Numbered from the stretch's first letter, positions 36,498-48,523 are shown. The stretch is DNA of 64,000 nt from a virus (IMGVR_UViG_3300028602_000007:56755-120754), one strand, 5' to 3'. The notes: generated by a model not told the origin, from the letters alone. A program made the numbers and translations.

Positions 36498-37178
36498 ATG
36501 ATAATTATAGGTATAGATTTCTCAATTCAATTTCCATCAATATGTATATCAAAAGATTTTAAAGAATTTAAATGGGTTTCTGCAATTAACACTAATATTC
36601 CAAAAATACATAAGAAATTTTTAGATGATTTATCATTAGAATATAAAAATTTTAAATTTATATACTTAGAACCTCGCAAAAAAGACAAAGATACTTATTC
36701 AATAATAGAACGCTCTAAATTAGTTAACTATTCAACTCTAATCGATTCATTAATCTTAGCAATAAACGAAGAAATCAAAAACGATTCACATATTATTATT
36801 TCAATTGAAGGTGTCTCGTATGGCGCACAAGGTAATGCATTACTTGATATTAATCAAGCAACAGGTATGCTAAGAAAGTCAATATTAGATAATGTATTAA
36901 ATGGTCATAGTGAAAAATTATTTATATTTTCGCCTAGCGAATTAAAAAATGCAATCGGTGCAAAAGGTAATGCTGGTAAATTTGATATATTTACATCATT
37001 TTTAAATAATATTACCCCTGGAACAAATAGCCAATTATATAAAGCAATAAATAAATATTCAGACACCATTATTAAAACAAATGGAAAGGATATAAAACCT
37101 CCATTTACAGATATGATAGATTCATATTTAGCTGTTTTGAAAATTTATGAATCTATTAGAAAAGAATCAAATAACTAA
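36498..37178 (+). CDS. RuvC-like Holliday junction resolvase
   Basis: IIIGIDFS, IEGVSYG, PSELK, K.D and DMIDSY acidic motifs. Confidence 0.75.
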   Translation: MIIIGIDFSIQFPSICISKDFKEFKWVSAINTNIPKIHKKFLDDLSLEYKNFKFIYLEPRKKDKDTYSIIERSKLVNYSTLIDSLILAINEEIKNDSHIIISIEGVSYGAQGNALLDINQATGMLRKSILDNVLNGHSEKLFIFSPSELKNAIGAKGNAGKFDIFTSFLNNITPGTNSQLYKAINKYSDTIIKTNGKDIKPPFTDMIDSYLAVLKIYESIRKESNN

Positions 37179-37600
37179 TGTCAGCCAAAGCAAAAAAAAA
37201 TAAATATTATATAAACAATAGAGATTTTACTAATGAAATTATTCGTTGTAAATATGGTCTATTAAATGAAGAAACTGGATATCAACATAAAGCTGGAGAA
37301 TTATCACCAATTGTAATAAATTATTTTATATTATTAGCAAATCGAGCAGTTCATAGATTAACTTTTCCAAATCCATTAGATAAAGAAGATTGTATACAAT
37401 CTGCAATTTTAGATTTATTAAGATATTGGAAAAACTTTAATGAAGAAAAATCAAATAATGCATTTGCTTATTTTACGCAAATTGTAAAAAATGGATATGC
37501 TAAAGAATATAAGAAATTATACAAACATATTGGAACAGGCGAAAAAATTGAATTTGTTTCACTAAATACTAGTGGAGATAGTGAAATATTTACAATATAA
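37178..37600 (+). CDS. Late-transcription sigma factor, T4 gp55-like
   Basis: YYINNRDF and NFNEEKSNNAFAYFTQI resemble gp55 YVNNKE and NFD..K..N.FAY.TQ. Confidence 0.85.
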   Translation: MSAKAKKNKYYINNRDFTNEIIRCKYGLLNEETGYQHKAGELSPIVINYFILLANRAVHRLTFPNPLDKEDCIQSAILDLLRYWKNFNEEKSNNAFAYFTQIVKNGYAKEYKKLYKHIGTGEKIEFVSLNTSGDSEIFTI

Positions 37601-37657
37601 GTCCTTTTTAATAATATGTATTTCTTTAATAAATAATTGAAAGGTAATGCAACTAGC

Positions 37658-40600
37658 ATGAATGTTAATAATTTAGTTTTTTTTGATAGAAATGGTGAAT
37701 CTTATAATTTCACTTTATCGAATAATGGATATTGGGAAGGACATGAATACTTTTTACCAATTTCATTAGGTCTTTTTGATGTTTCTAATATTTTTATTTT
37801 AGAAAAAAGTGATTCTGTTGAATATTCATATCCAATAATGGAAGAAAATTCATATTTTGAAATAAAATGGAAAACTCAAGATAGTAAAGATAACTTTTTT
37901 CTATTTACAATTAGTCGAGATGGAATTCATGATGATGATCCTCCATATTTAAATAAACAAAGTTCAATAACAATAAATCATGGTGATTTTGGAGTATCTG
38001 GTGATTTATCATTATCTTATCCTTTACAAATAAATGTTGCATTTACACCAAACTTAGAAAAATCATATACTAGAACACTTGAACTTTACTATAATGTTAG
38101 ATCCAATTCAACTAAGGTTTTACAATTATTATTTTATGGTGAAGGCGAGGGAGAAGATGAAAGATACAAAGTTTGGTTAGAAAATTTTGGTATAAAATTT
38201 AATAGAGAAGATGCTCTATTATTAAAAGATTATGATTTAAAAGAAGGGTACCCTGATTGGAAACAAATAAACACAGCTAGAAAAAGTTTATTAGTTAATA
38301 TTGATCAAGTTTATCCATATGTAGGTACGTATAAAGCACTTGTCAATATAATAAAATTATTAGGATATTCAGATGTATTAAAAGTAAAAGAATATTGGCA
38401 AGATTCTGATAAAAATTCATTATATTACAATAAATATGCGATGGTTGATGTAACCGAATTAATGAATATTGGAGATTCCTCTAATATTAATTTAGTTGAC
38501 TTAAATGGGCAAATAAAAAAAGGTGGAAAGTTTAAAAAAACTGAATTTTTAGCATTAACTTATCAATTTACACAAGTAACAGATACATATGATGACGATG
38601 GATTACCTGAAATAGAATCAACAACAGGTTTTAGCATAGAAGAAATTTTTTTTAAACTAAAAGGTATTGAACATAAATTAAAAGAAGAAATTTTACCAAT
38701 AAATGTTGTAATTAAAGACGTAATAGGTGAATTTATATATTTTTCAAAATTTAATTTACGAAATTGGTCAGATACTACATATATAGAATCATTAAACATA
38801 AACGATGATTACACAATAAAGGTGTTATCGCCTTCTAGTAAAAGTACCTTATTTAAAATAAGAGATATTAAAACTTTATATCCTAAAATTGATGGAACTT
38901 CTCAATTTCCAGTTATTTCATTTAATGCTGGTGAAATTCGACCATATGATAATAATCAAACATATAATACTAATGATATAAATGATTTAATTAATGCAAT
39001 TTATTCATTTTATGATAATGCTAATGATTATACTTATAGAAAATATGATCAGCTTGATCCGTCTTTAGTTGGAGCCGATTCTTCTCAAGAAATAGGATGC
39101 CCTATTGTATTAGAAGCATATATACCAGATTTAATGTTAGAAGATTTAGATGGATTAAAATTTAGTGATTTTGTATTAAGCGAAGCAACAACATCATCAA
39201 CATTAAGTTCAATTGGAACAGGTTTAAAATATTTTTCATGTGTAACGACTCAGGTTTTTGATATAGGATCTAAAGTTAAAATTTATTCAACAATAAATCC
39301 ATCTCAATGGATGGAAGGAACTGTTTCTGAGATTGCTCCACTTGGTTATACTGATTCGACTATAAAAGTTAATGTAACTTCAAGTGAAGGTAATATTGTT
39401 GGAACCGGTTGGACAATTACTTTATTAGATACTCATTATGTATTAGATTTTTTAAAATATAAAAATGCATATGAAATAGAATGGATAATTAATGGACCTA
39501 ATAATTATGAATTTAAATGGCGAGATACAGTTAGAAATGTTTATAAAATTCCTCATATTTTACCATATTCTGGAACATATACTATTTTAGTAAAAGTATA
39601 TGATATGCATGGAAGTGCATCAACTGCGCATAAAATAATTGAAGTTATTAAAGATATTCCATTTTTAAAATCATTTGTTAAAATACATGATAAGAGTAAA
39701 TATACTTTTGAGAATTTACAAAATGTTACAATTAAAGATTTAGAAAATAGCCCATTATATAAGCCTTTTGCTAGTATTGTTGATTTAGATGGAAAAGATT
39801 CAAATTCTACTAATTTAGATGGGCACTATTTAGATTGGAATTTTTATTCTAATTATTATAGTATCGGATTACCACAAGAAGAAGTCGAAATTTATAATAA
39901 TAATACAGGTAAATATGAGAAACTAAAAGAGTCTAATTTATCTGAAAAATATCAATTTGGAACAGGCTCCATTAATAATCAACCGACTTTATCTGATTAT
40001 AATAATGCAATCTTATCAGATTTAAAGTTTGTTACATTTGAAGATTTATCATATTCTCCAGATATAATTGATGGCTTTTATATAGATTTTGATAACTTAA
40101 ATACTACTAATCCAAGTTCATATTTACTAAGTTTACAATATGGAGGATTTAACGAAGTTTCTTTTCCAATCTTAATATCTTCACCTAGTGAGTTTATTGC
40201 ATATATAGAATCTGCGAATCTTCCTGGCTGGAAAAATTATAGATACGAAGTATTTGGAAATAGAGTTAAAGCAACTGCAATTTTACAAGATAAGAAAAAT
40301 CATTCAATATTAAAAGTCACAAACCAAGTATCTGGAACTTTTAACAATTCACCATATGTACCAAGTTCAGTAGATTTAGATATTTCATCTATTGATATAC
40401 AGCTTGGAATATGTACATTGTTTCAAAGTGAAATGATTGGAGCATCTGGTCCATTTTGGCAAGGTCCTAGTGGACCATGGTGGCCAGGACCAAGCGGACC
40501 ATTTTATGAATGGGATAATTATTCAACTATTTTTAGTGGACCTAGCTCTAATCCAAGTTTAATAGGTACTGCTTCTGGACCATATTGGATTACTCCAAGT

Positions 40601-41530
40601 GGACTAGTTTACTATGGCCCTTCTGGATATGATCTTACACCAAGTGGACCAGTTTGGGGAGGACCATCTTCATGGTTAGATTCACTTAATGAAGTTTGGC
40701 CAAACCCATCAGGCACAGTTTGGCCATATTCAACGAATTGGTTATTTCCAACTATTTACTCTAATACTAATCTGAAATTAGGAGATAGAATTAGAATTAA
40801 AAATTCAAGTGGAGGTTGGGCTGAAGGTACAATATTAACAATATCAGATTATCAAATTGAATTAGATATTGATAAAATTAATAAAATTGGTAATTTTATT
40901 AATTTTGATTTATCATTAGTTAAAACGATTTATACATTTAATGAACCAGTTAATGTAATTAATACAAATTTAATTAATGAAATTCAATCAAACCTATCAC
41001 AAATTAATAAAGAATTAGATAGAGATTTACTATTTTTAGATGCTCCATTTTCAGATTATTTAAATGATACTAACTTATATACAAAAGCAAATGCTTCAAA
41101 CATAGAATACTGGATAAATAATGGATTCATAAGTTATGATAATATATTAGGTATTCAAACTGGATATTTACCATCTCCATATGATGAAAATAGTTTAAAT
41201 ATCATAAATACTAGAATTTTTGAAAATACTATTAATGCTTTAATATTTACTCCAATATTCATTGTTATTTCAAATTCAGTGTCTAGTGTTGAATCTACTT
41301 GGACATTAACAAAAAATAATATAGAAATAGTTAAAATAAAGACGCCATCATATTTTATATGGAAGTTTGATAAAATTGGTAAATACTCATTATCGGTTAC
41401 ATATAAAGATGCTAGGGGCAATATTACTACATTAAATACAAAAATTAATGTAGTTAATTCAATGTCTTCATATGAATATTCAAATTATATAGAAGAATAT
41501 TTAGATAATAGAAAAAGTGAAAATACTTAA
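37658..41530 (+). CDS. Large virion structural protein (baseplate-like, PKD/Ig-like domains)
   Basis: Likely ATG at 37658 after ATAAATA (37629-35). YVGTYKAL..IIKLLGY motif, two G.Y.I.V PKD-like segments and Trp/GPSG repeats. Confidence 0.6.
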   Translation: MNVNNLVFFDRNGESYNFTLSNNGYWEGHEYFLPISLGLFDVSNIFILEKSDSVEYSYPIMEENSYFEIKWKTQDSKDNFFLFTISRDGIHDDDPPYLNKQSSITINHGDFGVSGDLSLSYPLQINVAFTPNLEKSYTRTLELYYNVRSNSTKVLQLLFYGEGEGEDERYKVWLENFGIKFNREDALLLKDYDLKEGYPDWKQINTARKSLLVNIDQVYPYVGTYKALVNIIKLLGYSDVLKVKEYWQDSDKNSLYYNKYAMVDVTELMNIGDSSNINLVDLNGQIKKGGKFKKTEFLALTYQFTQVTDTYDDDGLPEIESTTGFSIEEIFFKLKGIEHKLKEEILPINVVIKDVIGEFIYFSKFNLRNWSDTTYIESLNINDDYTIKVLSPSSKSTLFKIRDIKTLYPKIDGTSQFPVISFNAGEIRPYDNNQTYNTNDINDLINAIYSFYDNANDYTYRKYDQLDPSLVGADSSQEIGCPIVLEAYIPDLMLEDLDGLKFSDFVLSEATTSSTLSSIGTGLKYFSCVTTQVFDIGSKVKIYSTINPSQWMEGTVSEIAPLGYTDSTIKVNVTSSEGNIVGTGWTITLLDTHYVLDFLKYKNAYEIEWIINGPNNYEFKWRDTVRNVYKIPHILPYSGTYTILVKVYDMHGSASTAHKIIEVIKDIPFLKSFVKIHDKSKYTFENLQNVTIKDLENSPLYKPFASIVDLDGKDSNSTNLDGHYLDWNFYSNYYSIGLPQEEVEIYNNNTGKYEKLKESNLSEKYQFGTGSINNQPTLSDYNNAILSDLKFVTFEDLSYSPDIIDGFYIDFDNLNTTNPSSYLLSLQYGGFNEVSFPILISSPSEFIAYIESANLPGWKNYRYEVFGNRVKATAILQDKKNHSILKVTNQVSGTFNNSPYVPSSVDLDISSIDIQLGICTLFQSEMIGASGPFWQGPSGPWWPGPSGPFYEWDNYSTIFSGPSSNPSLIGTASGPYWITPSGLVYYGPSGYDLTPSGPVWGGPSSWLDSLNEVWPNPSGTVWPYSTNWLFPTIYSNTNLKLGDRIRIKNSSGGWAEGTILTISDYQIELDIDKINKIGNFINFDLSLVKTIYTFNEPVNVINTNLINEIQSNLSQINKELDRDLLFLDAPFSDYLNDTNLYTKANASNIEYWINNGFISYDNILGIQTGYLPSPYDENSLNIINTRIFENTINALIFTPIFIVISNSVSSVESTWTLTKNNIEIVKIKTPSYFIWKFDKIGKYSLSVTYKDARGNITTLNTKINVVNSMSSYEYSNYIEEYLDNRKSENT

Positions 41531-41571
41531 TAAATTTAAAATAAAATAAATAAAAAAAAGAATTATAAAAA

Positions 41572-42693
41572 ATGGCATTTACCGATACATCTTTGTCAAT
41601 AACAGAATTAAAAGCAACAACATTTATTGGAGATATGCGAACTGCAATAAATGCAAACAATACGCTTTTTAAAAGTAAAATTGAATCTTTGATTAATACT
41701 TTAGAAATCGATTTAGTGAATTCATATATTGGAGTAGATACTCCAGTTGCTAAAATCTTTTCTTCAGATTCAGTTATATCTAATAGTTTAATTTTTAAAG
41801 CTGGAGCTGCTTCTTCTGCTGCGACTATTGCAAGTTTAACACAGACAGCCGGAGTTTCAACTTTTCTAGTTGATAATATCACTATGAATAAGAGACTTAG
41901 TGCGTCTACTGCAGGCTCAATGATAGCTATTCCAACCTTAGTAATTGGAACAGATGGAAGTGATTCAACAGTTTCATATCCAACAACATTAGGTGTTGCA
42001 GATCGAGGCTTATATGTCGGTGATTCAACAACTCCGATTAAAACTCAAATATATGGAGAAGTTGTTTTACCTAAACAAGCAATTACTGAAAGTTATTCAA
42101 ATTCAGGTGGATCATTTTCACCTAGACAAATTTCATTAACTGCTGGCGCAGCTGATGCATATACATATTCAAAATTAACGTTAAGTAAAAGCGATCCTAA
42201 GTTTATTTACATAGATTTAATTTTACCAAGTGGATATACAAATTATTCAAATGATATATGGTTATTACTTAATGAATCAGCAACCGATCGTCCTTCTGCT
42301 GGACAATCATTCACGATAATATTAAATCGAGTACTTAAATATGATTTGTCAGAAGTTAACTATTCACAATTACCTGCTATTTCTAATACTGCAAGCGATA
42401 AAGGAATACATATTATTAATGGAACAAATTCATCGTTAAGCACACACAAAAGAGGCCATATTAATAATTCTACTTGGACTTCAATTCCAACAACTGATGT
42501 TACTGGAATAGCAAATGCTGGTGTTGATAATTCATATTATGTTAGATTTGGAAATATTAATAATATTGTAACAGCTCAACATTCGCCAAGAGATTCATCT
42601 ATAACATTCACAAAAACTGAACAATCTACTGATTATTCAAATTTTACAATTACAAATAGCCAAAATATGGTTATTATTAACGAAAACATATAA
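41572..42693 (+). CDS. Putative virion structural protein
   Basis: Ser/Thr-rich, beta-rich composition; late gene cluster. Confidence 0.55.
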   Translation: MAFTDTSLSITELKATTFIGDMRTAINANNTLFKSKIESLINTLEIDLVNSYIGVDTPVAKIFSSDSVISNSLIFKAGAASSAATIASLTQTAGVSTFLVDNITMNKRLSASTAGSMIAIPTLVIGTDGSDSTVSYPTTLGVADRGLYVGDSTTPIKTQIYGEVVLPKQAITESYSNSGGSFSPRQISLTAGAADAYTYSKLTLSKSDPKFIYIDLILPSGYTNYSNDIWLLLNESATDRPSAGQSFTIILNRVLKYDLSEVNYSQLPAISNTASDKGIHIINGTNSSLSTHKRGHINNSTWTSIPTTDVTGIANAGVDNSYYVRFGNINNIVTAQHSPRDSSITFTKTEQSTDYSNFTITNSQNMVIINENI

Positions 42694-42702
42694 TTTTAAA
42701 AA

Positions 42703-44913
42703 ATGGCAGTTGCACCTTTAATAAAACCAATACAAACTAAGAAAGGAATGTTTTATACATTTCAAAGCGGGTTAGAAGATTTAAATTTAACGTTTAATAA
42801 TAATTCAAATAAATTTAAATTTTCAAAATTTGCATTACTTAGAATACCAGAAATAGCAATACCTTCTACTTTAGCTACTGATAATGTTATGCAGTTTTTA
42901 GCTCAAGGAGAAACTCCAATGCTAAATAATTTAAGTTCAGATCAAAATATAAATTTAGCATTAAGTTTTCAAAATTATGCATTAAATTTTGAAAGTTTAT
43001 TGATTTCAGAAGATTCATATGAACGTGAAAGAAAACGAAATGTGTCTGAAAGAGTTTTTTGGAAATGGCTAAAAGAGTTAGGTGCAATTCGTTGGAGAAA
43101 TTCAAGTGCAACTGAGGTTACTTCTATTTTACCAAGTGATCAGCGTAGATATTCAGAAGATTGGTATGATTTAGAAACTTCAACATATAACAGAGTTGTA
43201 AAATATATTGGAGATATTGATGTAATTAATTCTGTTAGAAGTAATGATAATTCTTATAGTGAATTATATATAAATGTACCAACCAATGTAGGAACTTCTC
43301 CGACGGTTTTATTTGAATCTATAGCCGATGCGAATTATCATCCAGATATGGCTATTATAAATTCACCAAGTGATCCATTAGATTTAGAATATTTAAATGG
43401 ACGGCATTACGGTGACAGTCACCCTTATGCTGGAATGAATTTACTTGCCTTTTATGATATGGATTCAGGTGGAGTTACTCAAAAATTAACTGATACTATT
43501 ACTGGAACTACTGATTGGTCTACTATTTCTGAAAGTTATTGGTGGGGAACTAGTTCTTTAAATAATACGTATTATACAGACCAAGCATCATATTTTGGAG
43601 ATTTATATGGATCATCTACTTCAACTTCTCCGAAAATACAAAAATTATATAAAGAATATGATGATGGTTCTGAAACTAGAACAGTTGAATATTTAAGATC
43701 AACACATGATGGAATGTCAATTGATTTTGAATTATCAAATTATAAAGTAGTTGAAGATGATCCAACTATTAAGAGTTTAGCACAAATGGGAGATTCTGTT
43801 TACAATTATGACTTTGAGTTCAATGCAATCTTAGTATATTATGATGTTTATGATTCAACTGGGCAAGCTAGTTCAGATGAACCTAGTTGTGTTACTAATT
43901 TATATGGCATTTATTTCTTAGATAAAGTTACTCAATCTGGAATAGAATATAATATTCCAATGATATCTAAAGAAAAGCCAAATGCAATTGATAGAACAAA
44001 CGGTAATGCTTTTGCTCATAAAATTAATGTAAAATTTGATACTTCAATAGAAGATGTTGCAGTTGAAAAATCTATTAATGATTATACAACATTTGGATTA
44101 GATTTGTTTTTAGATGCAATGACTAATTTGCGTAGAGTTCAAACTACTATAAATGATAAAATTACAGAGTTGCAGTTATTAGCAAGTCAATTAGATTCTG
44201 CAAAGCAAGCATTAATTAATACTAATAATTTAGACTCATTAACTAAAAGGGTATCTATTTTAGAATCAACTGTGTCTACTGCAAGTGAGGCTTTTTCTGA
44301 AACCGATGCAATTATGGATTTAATTTCAAGCATTAATAATCGATTAAATGATTTACATAATAACAAAACAGAATTATTATTATCTTATGATTTAAGACCA
44401 TTTGTTAATGGATATGGAATTACTTTAGATAAATCAATAAATGGACAAATGACAATAAGCAATTCTGCACAAGAATATTCATTATTAGCGGAATATGATT
44501 TATCTAGTCCATTTATTAATATTTCTAATGTTTGTACATTACCTTTAGGTTTTACAAATTCGTATTATAAACATTATAAACCAATTTCATCAACTAATTT
44601 GAATCCTGCTACTTGGACATTAAACTCGAATCTTGACATATTAATTGATGATTCGACCTATTCTTGGAAAAAGGGGCAAACTTTTAAATTAGTTATAGAT
44701 ACTCAAATAATCACAGGATCTTCATACTCAATTAATATAAAAACAGATTCAAATAATATTACTAATCAAACTGCTAGTTATAGCAAAATAATAACGACAT
44801 TAAATGCAGCAGATTTTCCAGAAACATATGGGCGAACTGGAAGGCCTATTATTGAAATTACATGTACTAATGCAAGTAATTTAACATTCCAAGTAGATAA
44901 AATAATTAGATAA
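42703..44913 (+). CDS. Putative virion structural protein with coiled-coil segment
   Basis: 736 aa in the late cluster. Confidence 0.55.
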   Translation: MAVAPLIKPIQTKKGMFYTFQSGLEDLNLTFNNNSNKFKFSKFALLRIPEIAIPSTLATDNVMQFLAQGETPMLNNLSSDQNINLALSFQNYALNFESLLISEDSYERERKRNVSERVFWKWLKELGAIRWRNSSATEVTSILPSDQRRYSEDWYDLETSTYNRVVKYIGDIDVINSVRSNDNSYSELYINVPTNVGTSPTVLFESIADANYHPDMAIINSPSDPLDLEYLNGRHYGDSHPYAGMNLLAFYDMDSGGVTQKLTDTITGTTDWSTISESYWWGTSSLNNTYYTDQASYFGDLYGSSTSTSPKIQKLYKEYDDGSETRTVEYLRSTHDGMSIDFELSNYKVVEDDPTIKSLAQMGDSVYNYDFEFNAILVYYDVYDSTGQASSDEPSCVTNLYGIYFLDKVTQSGIEYNIPMISKEKPNAIDRTNGNAFAHKINVKFDTSIEDVAVEKSINDYTTFGLDLFLDAMTNLRRVQTTINDKITELQLLASQLDSAKQALINTNNLDSLTKRVSILESTVSTASEAFSETDAIMDLISSINNRLNDLHNNKTELLLSYDLRPFVNGYGITLDKSINGQMTISNSAQEYSLLAEYDLSSPFINISNVCTLPLGFTNSYYKHYKPISSTNLNPATWTLNSNLDILIDDSTYSWKKGQTFKLVIDTQIITGSSYSINIKTDSNNITNQTASYSKIITTLNAADFPETYGRTGRPIIEITCTNASNLTFQVDKIIR

Positions 44914-44917
44914 TATA

Positions 44918-47900
44918 ATGAGTAATAAAAATTCGATATCTGATATTTTAGCAGAACTTGCAGTTGATATAGCAAACATGCAAGAATTTTTATCTAAATT
45001 ATCGCTAATGCTCAATACCAATGCAGATTCTGTGTCTATTGATCAAGTTTTACAAGACGGTTCTTCTAAAACATTTAAAGTTCCGTCATTCGCATATTTA
45101 ACGAATAAAGTAGAATCAATTGATTCTAAATTTAATAGTTTATTAACCGGAAATGGAAGCGAAATCGGAGTAATTGATGAAGATGGAAAAACTAGAACAT
45201 TTGAATTAAAAGATATTTCACAAATTGTATCAGATTTAGAAAATAGTTCAACTTCAACTATAAATAAACCAACCACTTTTAAATATAAAAATAATTGGTT
45301 TTTTGAATCTTTTTTAAATCCATTATTATACATTGATATTCCGGTAGAAAATTTTATAACTTCAACAGATATTGATAAATTTCAAATAGGTAGAATTATC
45401 ATAACCTCAACAAATAATTCAGACTTAGAATATTTTGATAATACATATAAGGATCAGACAGAAATTTCATATTCTACTTTGATTGAAGATTTGGAAAATC
45501 GAGGAATTTCTTATTTTGAAGACAATAATGAATCAGTTTTACCTTTTGCTAAAAATAAAGTAACAGGTTCATTTGATATTATTAGAATTTTAGAAGATAG
45601 CGAAACTAGTTTAGTATTATCAGAACCTCAAACAATTACCGTTGCTCGATACTTTTTGAATACACTAAAATATTATGAGCAATCTGTTAATTCAACAAAT
45701 GGAATAATTCAAAGAACTTTACAAGTTGGAGATTTATTAATTACTTCAGATAGTTCTGAATATAAAATAAAACATGTAGATACTAATAATTCTAGTGTTA
45801 TTTTAGAAAGAACGTTTGGGTTAGGAGAGCTTTCTTCAGGATCAAATAAATTAACAATAAAACCAACTTTAGAATTTAGTAAATATGCACCAATCAATAT
45901 AGGATTTAATGAAAGACAAGTTATTTTTATGAGACCTGTTAGTTCTAGATTAAAAGTTACAACTCAAAATTATTCATATGGATTTGGTTTATATTCTAAT
46001 GAACTAACAATAACATTAAATACTGGAGAAACTTATACTTTATCAGATTTCTATGATAAATTTGTTTCAGACTTTAGCTTATTATTTTTAAATTATTCTA
46101 AAGAAAAAAAGGTACCTAAATTACTTGGTGAAAAACCTAATGCTGTTACATTATCTTCTAGTTTTTTTAAAGTAGTTCAAGTTGATAAACACATACAATC
46201 AGCAAATGATATAGATACTGTGAAACAAAATATTGCATCAGTAGAAGCAATAAAATCTCAAATATTAGAAGTAGATAAACAAATTAGTGAAAAACGAGCA
46301 TTATTAAATACAAATGCTGCATTAACAGAATCACAACAACTTAAATTAAACAAAGATTTAAAAACATTAAGTGATACTAGACAAACGTTAAGCACTGCTC
46401 AATCTAGTAAAATTGCATCAGTAACTACCGCTGTTAAAAGTACACCTACTTTAATAAAACAGCCAGTTTTTAAAGTTAAAGGAATGTGGCCAATACCTGA
46501 TGCAATTAGGTCAGATAACGGTTTACAAAATATTGCACAATTTAAAGTTGCTTGGCGTATATTAAATACAACTGGTATAAGCGAAGAAGCAGATCAATTA
46601 GATTTTACAGATGCAGGTGGTAATAAAATAACAGGATCATTTTCTCCATGGAAAGAACAATTGACCAAGCCTAGAAATAAAATCTATAATTCTACAACTG
46701 GATATTATGAATGGGAGGATGAAGATGTTGCTAATTCAGAGGTTGTTAATTCTAATCAAATAGAATTACCAATTAATAAAGGCGAAATTATAGAAATAAA
46801 AATTAAATCATTATCTGAAGCCGGTTGGCCAGATAGTCCAGTTGAATCTGATTGGTCTAATAGTGTTACTGTTGAATTTCCAGCAAATTTAAAAACACAA
46901 GAAGATATTTCAATTATTTCACAACAAGCTTTTGCAGAAGAAGCTAAAATTAAATTTCAAGAAGATTTAAATTCAAAGGGTTTGTCTGCTCATTTAAACA
47001 CAGCATTTAGTAATAAAGATAAATATTTTCCACATAGAGCAGAAGATGTTGCTAGTGGGTTTTTCTCATCTGATGGTAATATCATTGATTTATATTCTAA
47101 ATTAAAAGATATTAGTGATACTTTAACATCAATACAAACTTCATTAGCTAGCGGAGAGGGTGAATTAAAAGTTAGTATAATTGATCAAAGCGGAAACTCA
47201 ATAATAGTAAATAATGGGCAAACAATTGAATTATTTGCTGGGTATTATAAAGAGCTAATTAAAAATACAAGTGGAACAATTACGACGTATGAGCATGGTA
47301 AAATTATTACAAATCAATATATTTTACAAATTGAAAATACTTCACAAACTACTTTAGAATTATTTGCATCATTAAATGGTGGAATTAGTCAACAATCGAC
47401 TATTTCAAATCCAGCAGCAAATCCATATGATGGATATCATACAAATTTAAGGTATGATGCTTCTCCTATTATGATAAATACAGCAACTGCTGGAACGCCA
47501 GGAAGTTTACAACAAATAAATGGATATCAGTCGTCACAAGTAAAAGGTCAAATCTTATATAGAAGATCTAGATCAATTGGTTTATCTGAAAACTTAGTTG
47601 CTGGAGATTTATTAGCTGGTGACTTAGATGATGCTGGTACTATATATGATAATTTATATAATACAAATTATCAATATAACGGAATCACTATTAATAATAC
47701 CAAAATACCATATTCAGCAGGCCATTACTTACCATATGATCCAACTTTATCTTCTTTAGATATTGAGGTCGATTCAATTGATTATACAATGTCTAGTAAT
47801 TCATTAGTTTGGAATGGAACATTATCTAGTAATGAGCCAGTTGGTGGCGGGTTATTGTCAGAATTTTGCATATCAATTGATCACCCAGATATTAAAGAAG

Positions 47901-48523
47901 GTGGTAAATATAATGGTGAATGGTCTACAATATATAGACCTACTATTTCTTCAACTAAGCAAACAACTTTACCGTTTTCTCAAGCTGTACATTGTGAAAT
48001 TGCAAAAGAAGAATTAACAAATGCATTTAGTGCTAAATATTTTACACAAGCAGCATATAAGAAACCAAATAGTGATTCTATTGAGATTCCTAGAGAATTT
48101 AAATACCCTATTAAACAAGGATTTGTTTCAAATGATAAATATTTAATTGGAAAATATACATGTGGTGCATATTTGTATATTTCACCAGATTCATATGAGA
48201 GTATTGCAGCAACTGCGTATTCTCCAACTGATTCAAAAAGATTAGTTAAATATGGAGAGTCTAATGCATTACAAATTCCATTAGTTTTTCAATATAGATG
48301 TTCAGATTATTTAGCTTATGTTGGTGGATATCGAGCAGATGTATCATCTGGTTTAAAAAATGTGAAATATACTAAACGTATAGGATTTGATATTAAACTT
48401 AAAACTGAAACATTTTCTTTTGATATAGTAGTTAGTTCACAATATGAAAAGGAAACCGCATTAGCTACACCAATTAGTAGTGTATCTTCTAGCTCTATGA
48501 GTCAAATCACTTTAAGTGATTAA
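44918..48523 (+). CDS. Putative virion structural protein with coiled-coil segment
   Basis: 1201 aa in the late cluster. Confidence 0.55.
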   Translation: MSNKNSISDILAELAVDIANMQEFLSKLSLMLNTNADSVSIDQVLQDGSSKTFKVPSFAYLTNKVESIDSKFNSLLTGNGSEIGVIDEDGKTRTFELKDISQIVSDLENSSTSTINKPTTFKYKNNWFFESFLNPLLYIDIPVENFITSTDIDKFQIGRIIITSTNNSDLEYFDNTYKDQTEISYSTLIEDLENRGISYFEDNNESVLPFAKNKVTGSFDIIRILEDSETSLVLSEPQTITVARYFLNTLKYYEQSVNSTNGIIQRTLQVGDLLITSDSSEYKIKHVDTNNSSVILERTFGLGELSSGSNKLTIKPTLEFSKYAPINIGFNERQVIFMRPVSSRLKVTTQNYSYGFGLYSNELTITLNTGETYTLSDFYDKFVSDFSLLFLNYSKEKKVPKLLGEKPNAVTLSSSFFKVVQVDKHIQSANDIDTVKQNIASVEAIKSQILEVDKQISEKRALLNTNAALTESQQLKLNKDLKTLSDTRQTLSTAQSSKIASVTTAVKSTPTLIKQPVFKVKGMWPIPDAIRSDNGLQNIAQFKVAWRILNTTGISEEADQLDFTDAGGNKITGSFSPWKEQLTKPRNKIYNSTTGYYEWEDEDVANSEVVNSNQIELPINKGEIIEIKIKSLSEAGWPDSPVESDWSNSVTVEFPANLKTQEDISIISQQAFAEEAKIKFQEDLNSKGLSAHLNTAFSNKDKYFPHRAEDVASGFFSSDGNIIDLYSKLKDISDTLTSIQTSLASGEGELKVSIIDQSGNSIIVNNGQTIELFAGYYKELIKNTSGTITTYEHGKIITNQYILQIENTSQTTLELFASLNGGISQQSTISNPAANPYDGYHTNLRYDASPIMINTATAGTPGSLQQINGYQSSQVKGQILYRRSRSIGLSENLVAGDLLAGDLDDAGTIYDNLYNTNYQYNGITINNTKIPYSAGHYLPYDPTLSSLDIEVDSIDYTMSSNSLVWNGTLSSNEPVGGGLLSEFCISIDHPDIKEGGKYNGEWSTIYRPTISSTKQTTLPFSQAVHCEIAKEELTNAFSAKYFTQAAYKKPNSDSIEIPREFKYPIKQGFVSNDKYLIGKYTCGAYLYISPDSYESIAATAYSPTDSKRLVKYGESNALQIPLVFQYRCSDYLAYVGGYRADVSSGLKNVKYTKRIGFDIKLKTETFSFDIVVSSQYEKETALATPISSVSSSSMSQITLSD

